The notes under the pieces are model-generated. The model was given only the letters and a program-made list of their open reading frames with translations, had not been told where the DNA came from and did no database searches. Positions 22,701 through 34,700 of a stretch of 64,000 nt of DNA are shown here, piece by piece. A program made the translations under genes and the position numbers. The first letter of the stretch is position 1; each line of letters starts with the position of its first letter. Source of the DNA: Phoronis australis (Eukaryota > Animalia > Phoronida); NCBI GenBank assembly GCA_002633005.1, contig NMRA01000661.1, positions 155,718 to 219,717 on the forward strand. Direction: 5' to 3'.

Positions 22701-25700
22701 AACTCTTGAGGGCAATTCAGTTTCCGTCACAGTTTTGAGGCTAACTTCTTGGCACTGACAAAAAATGCCAAACAAGAAGAATTCTAAATTTTTTACAAAA
22801 AGGTATGCAGCTAGATACTGGTAAAAACAGGGAGAAGCGTTTACAATGAAGTTATCATAAAATAAGGTGCACTTCCTGCAGTCTTCTAGTAGAAATTAGT
22901 TTGGCCAAATAACTGAACAATGTGACTGTTAAAATCACCGGCAACAATTGAATCATTATTTACAGGTACTACTGTCTTCAAACACTGGTACACGCTCAGG
23001 TGGGAGATTTTTTTCAAGACCAGTTTCCATAAAAACATATTTTTTGACAAAATTTGCTAAGCAATATATAGACAGTGTCTTTTTCAATCTGGCTCAAAGG
23101 GATGTTCATGGCCAGAAAATTAGTCTCATCCTCACCACAGAATCAAAGCCATAATTCCCACAATCGCAGTAGCCTAATCTGAGAGGGTTAAAACCCACTT
23201 GATAAACAGTAAGTATTTTCAGAGTATTGAACTGGCACTATCAGTGAATGCCAACAAACAATGGCGGGATTATCAAACATAATTTTATGGGTCTACAATC
23301 AATATGCTGATAGTTATTCAATACTTGGTTACNNNNNNNNNNNNNNNNNNNNNNNNNNNACAAAAAACCAATGCAAATTAAATAATGTAATATCAGAAAT
23401 AAAAAATATCAAAATTGATATAAACAAGTCAATGCTGCAAAACAATGATTTTGTTACATTTATTTTAGCAAATCCTGACCAATCCCTTAACAAAACGAGC
23501 CAAAATCCAGTTACATAGTACATAGACTAGTTGACCTGACCACCACTCTAAAGAATTACCAAACAATACTCATCCAGTTCAAGGCTCATGTTCTGCTTAA
23601 CACCAAATTCTTAAATTGCAAATTTACACGTTTAACACCAATGCCTACTGTATACAAACAATGCTCCATCGAAGGAGTCCTGTTTCGCATGAATCTTAGC
23701 TTCCAAAACGTACCCCACTTGCTTATTAACAGAAATTCCACCCGAATCCTGACTGGTGCAAGACTGCAAAGTCAATACAGCTGCCAGAGCGTTAACCCCA
23801 TTGGCCATTCGTTTTCAAACACCAATACTCAATTAAATGCCCACCTCCTGACTTCTGAGTATAATAACGGCTTTAATCTGGATGAGTACTGTAGTCCATG
23901 CCTACCACCACCTTACAGTTGCATCCGTTACCCGACAACGCTACAAGATCTAGCTAACATCAAGTAGGGTCAAATGAATCAACTGAAGGGTCTACGCATT
24001 GTGAATACGAACTCTTGAGGGCAATTCAGTTTCCGTCACAGTTTTGAGGCTAACTTCTTGGCACTGACAAAAAATGCCAAACAAGAAGAATTCTAAATTT
24101 TTTACAAAAAGGTATGCAGCTAGATACTGGTAAAAACAGGGAGAAGCGTTTACAATGAAGTTATCTTAAAATAAGGTGCACTTCCTGCAGTCTTCTAGTA
24201 GAAATTAGTTTGGCCAAATAACTGAACAATGTGACTGTTAAAATCACCGGCAACAATTGAATCATTATTTACAGGTACTACTGTCTTCAAACACTGGTAC
24301 ACACTCAGGTGGGAGATTTTTTTCAAGACCAGTTTCCATAAAAACATATTTTTTGACAAAATTTGCTAAGCAATATATAGACAGTGTCTTTTTCAATCTG
24401 GCTCAAAGGGATTTTCATGGCCAGAAAATTAGTCTCATCCTCACCACAGAATCAAAGCCATAATTCCCACAGTCGCAGTAGCCTAATCTGAGAGGGTTAA
24501 AACCCACTTGATAAACAGTAAGTATTTTCAGCGTATTGAACTGGCACTATCAGTGAATGCCAACAAACAATGGCGGGATTATCAAACATAATTTTATGGG
24601 TCTACAATCAATATGCTGATAGTTATTCAATACTTGGTTACCAAAGTATTATATACCTTAAAGTGCAAGTCTCAAGATTTTCTACAATGCATGAAACGAC
24701 ATTTAAATTTCCTAACAAAATCTTAAGGAAGGCTCTCTTAAACCTCCATAGTAAAGAGACAACCAACAAGACATTTTTTGAGAATCTCTCATGCATGCAC
24801 CAGCGTCCTGCGCAATCCAACACGATTCCGCTCTCTTTTCACTTTGATACGGGGAGAATATTTTATCACTCATGAGACATTCCCTTACTTAAGGGAAGAC
24901 ACCCTTGTGCCAGACCTAAACCCTGTTGCTAACCACCTTGCAAAAAATTCTTACCATCAGTTATGAAAATAACTTCAAATACGAGTCGTGGATTTTCCTT
25001 GTTCTCTTGCTGCTCACCCACAATACACAGAATTTTTTGACAGCAGTAGTTAATTAAATATGGGTCATACATTGGCACTTTACAAATTTGAAGTAGTCCC
25101 AAAATTTTCTAAATTTACCGAGTCCCTGGGACTAAATGACGAATGGTCACCGACAGTGCAAATCCCACTCCCACGTATGTCAAGTGAGGTCGTACCAGTC
25201 GAAGGCAATTTCAAAGCCATAAAATATGACCAAGGCAACACTACGGCAAAAAAATCAACAAGCCAGAACAATATTTGAGAAATCCAGCCTCTATATCCTT
25301 TGTTGGCTATTGCTGAGAATGCTGAATTCACCTCAAAAACAACCGACATTCTAGTTTGAGCCATCTGATTCTTATTCAGAGTGAGACCAACCCACGCGTT
25401 CCAATTTTGCATAGTCCTGCCTACCTTGCATAACTCTCTGTCCAGCATAAGTTAGGAAAGCATTAAGGATATCTTGCAATGTGTCCCTCGACTTACTGTT
25501 AACTAGCAATGTGTATGCTGCGTTTCAAAGCACAGTCATGGTTCCCAGTATTTTCATTTTACAATAAAATTTCCTACATCCACAAGGTATTTTTTATCAT
25601 CACAACAAAATAGGCTGAGGTGATTTTTGCTAAAAATGAAAAATGCAAATGATACTTGGCTCCAGGAATTCACGAGGTGATGTGATTTTCTAAATTATAT

Positions 25701-28700
25701 AATGAAATTTTCCATTAGTGTTCTTTAAGTCTTCACGCTAAATATTCATTTTCCACAGCAACTCCTTCAGTCATTGCGCAGTTTTTTCCTAATGACTGGG
25801 AACCATGAATCACGTGTATGGCTTAAAGTTAAGATACCCTGCGTTATGTTCCTTCGTTTGCCTGCCAATGTTCCAGTAGTTTGCGAAACTCTGTAGGTCC
25901 CGGTCGTGGCATCTGTCAGAGTGACTACCCGCTGTGTACTGAAGTCTGCAGCAGTATTAGTTAAACCCATGTAGCGTATGACTCGAGTGTGATCTTCAGT
26001 ATATAATTGGGTCGTATTGAAATGAAGACCTACTCTCTTTTACACATTTCTGTCGAGCAGTATTTGGGTAAGTCTTCATTAAATTAAATTTCATTTCATT
26101 AAAACATTATTGGTTATATGAGGGTGATAGTGTTTGCCAGGAGGTGAAAAAAGTTCCGTCTATCTCATTAGTACCATGATAATAGATGATGCAAGCAATT
26201 CAGGAGAAATAACTAAACTATTATACAACAATCATTGACAAAAGAGTGGCATTATCAAACCAATACTTTGACACCCAGTGTTACAGTGTCAGTCCTGTTA
26301 TCAGACAGACTCCTCTAACATTAGTTTAATACCGTCTGATTAACTCATGAACTAAATGGAAACATGGGATTGCCCGCTTTGACAACTAAAAGCACAGCGT
26401 ACGAAAACAGACCGACGCAATATTTTTATGTCCACCAGCGGGACAAAGTCAAGGTTCTCTGCGGGTGATTGTTATGATGCACTGACACAGTTAGACTGCA
26501 CTGTACACAGTGGTCAAAGTCTACCTAACATGCAAAAACACCAACATCCGTGAAACCAATGAGCGCAATATGCACAGAGTAGAAACCCCTACAGAACTAT
26601 ACATGGTCACATCACATGACCTGGTCGCTGAACAGGGAGGAAAAAACCTTCAAAACACAGTCTGATTAGATTCTTGTATTCGAGTGGTGACCTTGATGGC
26701 TCAGTGGACCAGAGCACTTGCATGTATTGCAGAATGTCTCCCGGCTAGAGCCCAGGTCAGGGAAAAATTATCGTTGTTCCACGTATGGTTCCGCAGAGGC
26801 ACAATCTACTATACGCATACAGAACCAGACCATGAAGGTCAATCACATAACAAACAACAAACTAAAGGTACATGTATACAACAAGCGCATAATGAATGTC
26901 ATCTTTCAGTTAAACGGCAGCTGACTCCTTGAGACTACACAAAACTGATAAATCAGTCTAAGTATCTTGAGACTTGACCACAAATCTATGTCAGTGTAAA
27001 TAAAGCGTGAAAGAATGACTTTTTAATAGATGAACATTTTGAACCTCAAATACGTGACTACCCAAAACTGACAAGCACTGTTCCAAGAACAAGCACGTTC
27101 TACGCAACACATATGCTCGTATTATTTTGTAACCAGCCATAACACGATTGCGAAATCAGATTATACACTCAGTTACAGTTATCTGAGCTGAGGGATGGAA
27201 ACTGTGAAGTTGACATTCACTATGCACTTTAGTTACACTGTTACGAGTTCTAAGTACAGATTAGAGTTTCTGGTGGGAAAAGTTTACACTAATTGAGAAG
27301 AGACAGATGCACAAACTGACACACAATATACCTTCGATACGCAGGTCATTGCCATTAACTAATTTGACGTCTAAAAGGTCGATTTCTGCCCATGAGGAAT
27401 AACAACAAATCAAGAATAAGTCACAGATCATCGGGAGGTTGGCTTGACCTGGTAAGCCATTTAAAGAGATGAACCTATACTCAAGCAATAAAAACAGCCA
27501 TTTTGTAACAAGTGTAGAGAGGCACAAACGACCTCTTAACTTAGTGAAGAAAAAGTTAAAACTGGCTAAGCCCTACTTAACCAAGTGAACAGATGGCAAG
27601 TGCAAAGCTTTGGTCTCGAAAAAAGACAAAACAGAGCTACCAAGCAATGAGAACAGACTTAGCAAAAAGCCAGTAAGGTGAGAAACATGATAAAAATGGA
27701 TAAAAACTACTTACCTTAGTTGGAAAATATAATTATACTTATTGAAATGATTCTGCTCTCATATTTTTGCCTAGTACATCGAAAAATTTTGAAAAGTCTG
27801 TGATCCGGAAGACAGTGCTGTTCACCGTAATGTAGAGGATATTCCGAGCTAACGAAGTCGAGGATATTAAGGATATTCATGGATTGAGACAAATTGAGAC
27901 AGGATTAAATGTAATTTATCAAATAACGGTGGGTGGTTCTGACAAAAAAGAAATAGCTGTATACACGGAGAAATGCAGGACTTACACTGGGAAGAATGAT
28001 GGAATACAAATACTACACAAAGTCATTCTCCACTCCAAGCACTTGTAACGGGACACAACGGCAACAGCCAATCAGATGTCTCCTTACATGCGAGCAGACC
28101 ACAGCACCATCGCCTGATATTGCAGTCAATCATTGACACCAACAACACATCCATACAAGGGGTCAAGGGGTCAAGGGGTCAAAGCAAGCCTGCACAAGCA
28201 AAATGCAAAACCAACAACAAACACAGGAGACAGATCACACCCTAAGATGACTGTGGGGGAGGGGGAACGCACAATTACCTGAGCTCTTTGGCCTATCTTT
28301 TTGCGGAGATTTTGTTGGAGGCACATAACTGCAGTCTTGTTTGCTTGCCTATAGAAAGAAAGGTACAACGTGCATCAGACCGCTTGCAATTGTTTTTTAT
28401 GGACACATAGGTTGTCAAGGAGCATTTGTTGATAATTCAACTTGTCCCATTTTGAAACCTTAAGCTTATTTAGGACTTTTTCAACAAATCTGTGTATTTA
28501 GTCGTAAATTTACAATTAATGTAAGTGCTATACACTTTTTTATAGAGCAAATAACGTAGAAAATAAATCCGAAACTAAAAGAGGCGAACCAGATCCTCTA
28601 AATTATACACTTGTTTGACGAAATGTAGAATAAATATACGTAAATAAAACCAAAAAATGTATCCATGAAAATTTCGGATTTAATAACATCCTTCGTCAAC

Positions 28701-31700
28701 AGAAACAGAAATAAAGTAAAATCAAACACTATATGACACTTGACATGTGATATATGGCGTAATGAGCATGATACATTGTTGCTGAAAAAAGTAAATAAAG
28801 ACTTGTTTATTATATCCTTTACTTTTTTCTGCAACGTGTCATGCTCATTACGCCATATATCAGATGTCAATTGTCATATAGTGTTTGATTTTACTTTATT
28901 TCTGTTTCTGTTGACGAAGGATGTCATTATATCTGAAAATTTCAGTGATCCAATTTTGTTGTTTTATTTAGTTACGTATATTTATAGAGCAAAGGTATAC
29001 ATTTAAATTTTCTAAAAAAACCTGTAGAATTGAAGTTTTAACTTTTTAAAATTGTGAATATTTGTGTCTTTTTAGTAAACTTTAGCAAAAAAGAAAGGCA
29101 CATTCATAGCAAAACAACGAAATCAATAACATTATCATATTTTGTTTGATACAAATGTTCAAGCTAATTCTCAAAAACACTCACTGTTACAGTTTTCATT
29201 TGATGCAACTTTACATTTTTTCCACGAAGCTCATAAATCTCCTGTTTTTCGATAGCTCATCAAGCAAAAGTGCACACTTTGTAACAGTGTTTTAGAGAAA
29301 AATGCATAAATCCCAGTATCTGAAAGTTTCACGTGAATCTTGTCAGTCCTTTCCGAAACACGATGTTCTGAGGTTAGCCAAATGTCTGGGATCCCACGTA
29401 ACCTTAAACAGTTCCCATACACGTGACAGTGACAGTAAGCAAACCCGTGCAAAATATGAAAATAAGAATTGATACACGCACGCGTACCTGCATGGGACAT
29501 CCGCTGTTGATCCACTTCTGGCGCCCCCTATCCATGCCGTCGGAACATTGACCGAGCGAAGCACACCAACCGCATTTGAACTTGTCGTGTGTAAACTGCT
29601 GTGAAAGGCAGAGGCCGCAGTTGGCCAGGACATTACACGCTGCAAGTAGGCGCATGAAGTCAAAGTAAGCATCACGTTATATTGACGGAGAGAGATACCA
29701 CCTTACGCATCAAAGCCTGGAGTGACCAATAACAAAAAAGAGGAAAATTTTCCAGGTGATATATCGTTCCACAAATAAATACTAGGCTTGTGTGATAGAA
29801 ATATTTTTGGTGATAAATTATTTAACTGAAATAAACGTTTTTGCATGAACAAAGTCGAAATAATGACAAAAAAGAGACACAAAAATGGACATCAAATAAA
29901 AAGAGGAAATCAAAACCAAAAAAGAGAAAGTCCTCTCTTACAAGAGGAAAATTCCAAGCCCTGATGCATTAACATACTAGGAATTGCTGTAGGGTCTGTT
30001 ACATGACAAGTCACTTGGGGCAGACATTTGGCATGACACTTCCAATTCACAGTTTCTAAAAAAGGGGTTTAGCCAATTGGTTATGAGAGCATCATCATTC
30101 AAAATTAAATTTATTGTCTCAGAAACCTGTCTAACAGTAATGAGTATATTCCCAGAAACTGTGCGCTTTTGCTCAAGGGAGATCTAATTATTTTCAGAAA
30201 CTGTAGTGTGGAGTAGAAGACCAAATTTCTGACTTAAGTCTGCTGTTGGGTAACGTGTTGCAATTAGATAAACGAGGGAAAGTTCCACGACTACTTACTG
30301 GGTAAAGGCTCAATGATGACGGCGCTGCCTGTTCTGATGAGAGTTGTGTTGATCACCACCTTATGGTATTCATAGATTGTGCGACGTGTTATGGCTGAAG
30401 AGATAAACAACCAAGGGAGATAAAAAACAAGTGACTGCATTTCTGACAACCAAAACACAGCCTCGAAAGCATTTTCCAATGTTGACTATGGACTGTGGCA
30501 TGAAACAAGTAATCAGTTTCTTAATGCATGAAATGTATGTTCATTAATTTTTTGATCACTCGCTCTGCAAGTTGCATAGAATTTTAAAAAACTCTCACAA
30601 ATTCAAAGAAAATTAAAATAACCACAGCAGCAGTGGGATCTTTCAAACACAAATAGAATGATTTGAAAATGGGCATTTGCTGTTCTCTTCTTGAAAAAAC
30701 CTTATCTCCCAAACTTCATCGAGACCCTTCATCAAACACCAGTGCCTCGATACTGGGACAAATGCAAACAAAGAAACAGGTACTCCAAACTGCCCACAAA
30801 TCAATGTTGGCCTGCTTAGCGTCAATAGATTAATCACCTGCATCAAATTTTGTTTTTCAAACCGTTTGGCAGAAAGAATAAGACAGACATAAAAAAACAG
30901 GCTGATCAAAACACTGAAACTGCCACTGCAGGACACAAAATGCCTGGGTTGTGCGAAAATAGGCAGCTTTTGTCTACACGTGTCAAATTTCATAAACTTA
31001 CAGCAAAGGACATCAAGGTAGTCCTAAAAGCAGACGCAAAAAGGAAAAATTACCTTAAAAAGCATAACAATATTGGGATCTGTCCAGCAGTTAACATAAG
31101 CTGTGTTCTTGTCAACTCAAAACATACATTACGAAATTTCATGACCATCCTTCGAGAACCTGGTACATAATATGTCAACAAAAACAAACTAAAATAGCCA
31201 CTAGGTGGCATGCCCACATTCAGATCAGTCCTAAAACCAATGCCAGACCTGTTTTTGTTAACAGGAACTTATTGTTGAAATTTCAAGATGATCCTTCGCC
31301 ACACTTGGCAGATATACAGAGCAGGTACAATAAAACTTAAACTCCCACCAGGGGACATAGAAGCATCCGGATCCTCAAGTAGAAAATATCATGTATCCCT
31401 TAAATTGAGAAGACACAAAAAAACAACCAAAATACTAATTTAAAAAGATCCACAAAGAGGAGCAGCAGTAGTCATCTGGGTCAGCCTACTTAGTGGTAGT
31501 GTCATCCCCATAATAGGAACACAGACATAAAATTTCAAAACTTTCCGGAGAATGACTTGGTAGGCATAAAGACGAAGAAGATACTAAGTGCACCACCACA
31601 CCAAATGACCTCAAACTTGGTGAATGAAACCCATGAACACTAATAACTGTATACCTAAAGGTTCAATTTCTACGTGACAATAGATTTCATATTAAATAGT

Positions 31701-34700
31701 TGGCCATATTTCCGCACACCCTTAAGAAAAAGAATTAAAAGCCCAGTGAGAATTAGTTAATACCACCAACAAATTAAATGCCCACTAAAATGAAAGAAAG
31801 CAGCATAATGGCACAATTGTTCAAAACACAAGTAACGACAACAAAATCGAAGTACGTAAACTGGGAAAATGAAACTGGGTCAAGTGAAAACAAGCGGAAA
31901 GTGAGTGTTTTAATTAACACAGTCTCAGTTTTATTACTAACAGGTGAACAATGCATTGATTACTTTCGATGTAATTTGTAAGCAGCTTTTCTTCCGTATC
32001 CGATATCTCCATAAGAAGCTAACATTTGCCTCAATTTTTTGGACACCTGACTGCATTCCAAATAATTCAATAACTTACGGCACGGAGTAAACAGCATCTT
32101 ACCAAAGAAGGGTATGATCGAGTCCCGGTAATAGGCGTCGGACAATCCTACTTTAACAGAATGCCTTCTACTGGAAATGTCGGGGATGCTGATGGGCAGC
32201 TAGATGTGATCAGACAGAGAGGGGCTTAGATAGATGTGACAACAGGGGAGGAGGGGGGCAGTTAATACTGACCATCGATCAGCAACGTGTGGTTAGCTTA
32301 AGCAGGGTATTGTCATGCTGTGCGGCCAAATGTAATTTCACCACGACTTTACCCTCACTTAGGCCAGCATTTAGCACGGGCCACAGACTCCAGTGAACAA
32401 AAGATGCTCTTCAAGAGATCGTCTTCACCTATTGAGCCACATGGTCAACAGAATTTATATATGCTAGTCCAGACAAATTAGGAAAGATTTTGCTAAGTGA
32501 TAAGTTTGGTCATATCAGCTGATAAATGCTCAACAGTGGAGGCATATATAAAACGACCATGCTGTATGCAAAGCCGTGTGAGAGGACGCCTCAGAAACAC
32601 CACCTCGTGGATGTTCAAACAACTGAAAGATGAAGCTGAAGGTTTGGGCACCTGCTGTTCTTACTCAGCCCCAGAGGTGTCACTGAAAGAAGTTCAAGGT
32701 CACAGAATTGAAGGTGACCTGGCTTGACTGGATGTACCAAAAACGTGCATTGCCAATGGACAAAAACAGAGGTGAACTTTCTTAACTGGTTACAGCTGAT
32801 AGTACGACTTTCATTCAAGGCAACACTGTTGGGAGAAAAGTTCTGAATTCCTGCTCTCCAAGGGAAGACGTAGAACATCGTTGTGAATTTGTTCTCATGG
32901 CAACCACAAAATTCCAAATCCCAAGTTTTCTACATACAAAACCACAAAAATTAAGAAAAAATATTAATAAGACTGGGAAGCTTTTAAGCCACAACAAACT
33001 AATCTTTGTTCCACCTCCTCAAATTTACAATAAAGGCGATTATTGATATGCATGTGGTCACTCAAATCCAAGTGTAAATCAAGCCAAGTCAAATGTGAGT
33101 CATCGGAAACATCTGAAAAAGAGGGAGAGACAGGGGAGAGAGAAAACAAGAAGGGAAACGGCAGACACCACAGGCATGAAGCATACATACCGCGGACCGG
33201 GTCATAGCGGTCAAGGTAGTAAGCATCTGATGTGCCAACTCTGACAGGGTGGCTGCTTGTGGAGATGCTGTTTAGAGGGACGGGAATCTGAAATATGAGA
33301 CGATGTAAACAGCTTGCTTCAAGGGCGAATATCCATGGCAACTGAAAACTGAAAGTCTTGTGAAGCATGGCAAAGTGCAATGGGTATGAAATTATCATAA
33401 TCAAGAGCACATTAATTTATACACGACGAAATTGTATTTAAAGGCACCTCACAAATTGACACAATGCAAAATTTTCAATATTCTACAAAGGCATCTCAAT
33501 GCACAGCTTTTTTTGCAAATTTGTGCATGTATGCATCATATCAACTTTTCTTTTGTCACATGTGAGACGCGCTATTTCTCAATGACAACAATCTGTGAAT
33601 AAAAAACCAACACTTGATGCAGCATAAAAAAAAACAGCAAACCTGACAAAACACTAACACTCTAGTAGGTAATTGGCTCACGTTTTGTCACAGAATTCTC
33701 AAAATGTCACAGAATGTCATCATGTCACAGGGAAACCGTTTCATGAGTTTTTATATTTTGAGGTGATGTCACAACATGTCAAGACACATTTTTGGTGAAA
33801 GTCGACAAAGAGAATAAATTATTCAAGGTTGTGTACAACCTTATTGTCTTGCTGTTGTATGAAGACAAATATCTACAAACCTATTCTAACTCCTGGATCA
33901 CATGACCATGACTTTGTATATTACTAAAATTTAGCAATAAAAATAATTTAATGTTACAGCAAAATAACGTAATCAATAACATGACCAAATTTTGTTGGAT
34001 AAATGCACAAGATAAAACCTCAAAAACACTATTAAGCTTTCCTAATTTATCATTTTGTTTTCGTTTTATGCCACTTTTGATTTTTTTATAAAAAACACAA
34101 AAGTCCTTTTGACAGCTCCTCATGCAAAAGTGGAAAATTTTAAAAACAATTCCTAGCAGCTCACAAACATTTTAAGCCTGGTCTGCATACCACCTACAGG
34201 CCACATCATGTGACCTAATGAATGCAAGTCCGAAAAATTTCTGCCCCTGACCCAGACTCGAACCCACAACCAGGGTTAAGATTATATTCACATTATGGGT
34301 GGAATGCCCACTGCTAAGTCTGATTGGATTTCTGTATTTGACCAGTGGTCCTAATGGCTCAGTGGCTAGAGTGTCTGTAGGGTTAGCAGAAGGGCCCGAG
34401 TTTCGAGTCCCGGCCGGGGGCAGAAACCTTTTCGGACTTATGTTCATTAGGCCGCGTGATGTGGCCAACAGGTGGCATGCAGACCAGACTTAAAACTTAA
34501 TGTTTGCGGTCTATTAATTTTCCACGCCAGTTTAAGATTTACAGCATCAGAGAACAGTGCATGAACATAGTATGGTGTCTAAAAGTTTCACTTGAATCTG
34601 ATCAGCCATTTCTGAGACACAATGTTCCAAACTTTGCCAAATTTGGAATTTTTCGATGGTCCTACATAACCTTAAAGCACTGGAAAAGCAAAGAGTTAAA

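Noticed and set aside
22050-24642. Tandem 1.28-kb duplication giving twin 108-aa and 68-aa ORFs
   Set aside because: The copies meet exactly at an N gap and differ at a few sites, typical of unmerged haplotype contig ends. The ORFs have no recognisable motifs.
34347-34420. Possible tRNA gene
   Set aside because: Has A and B boxes but no convincing cloverleaf, and continues into a body shared with other copies; treated as a SINE.
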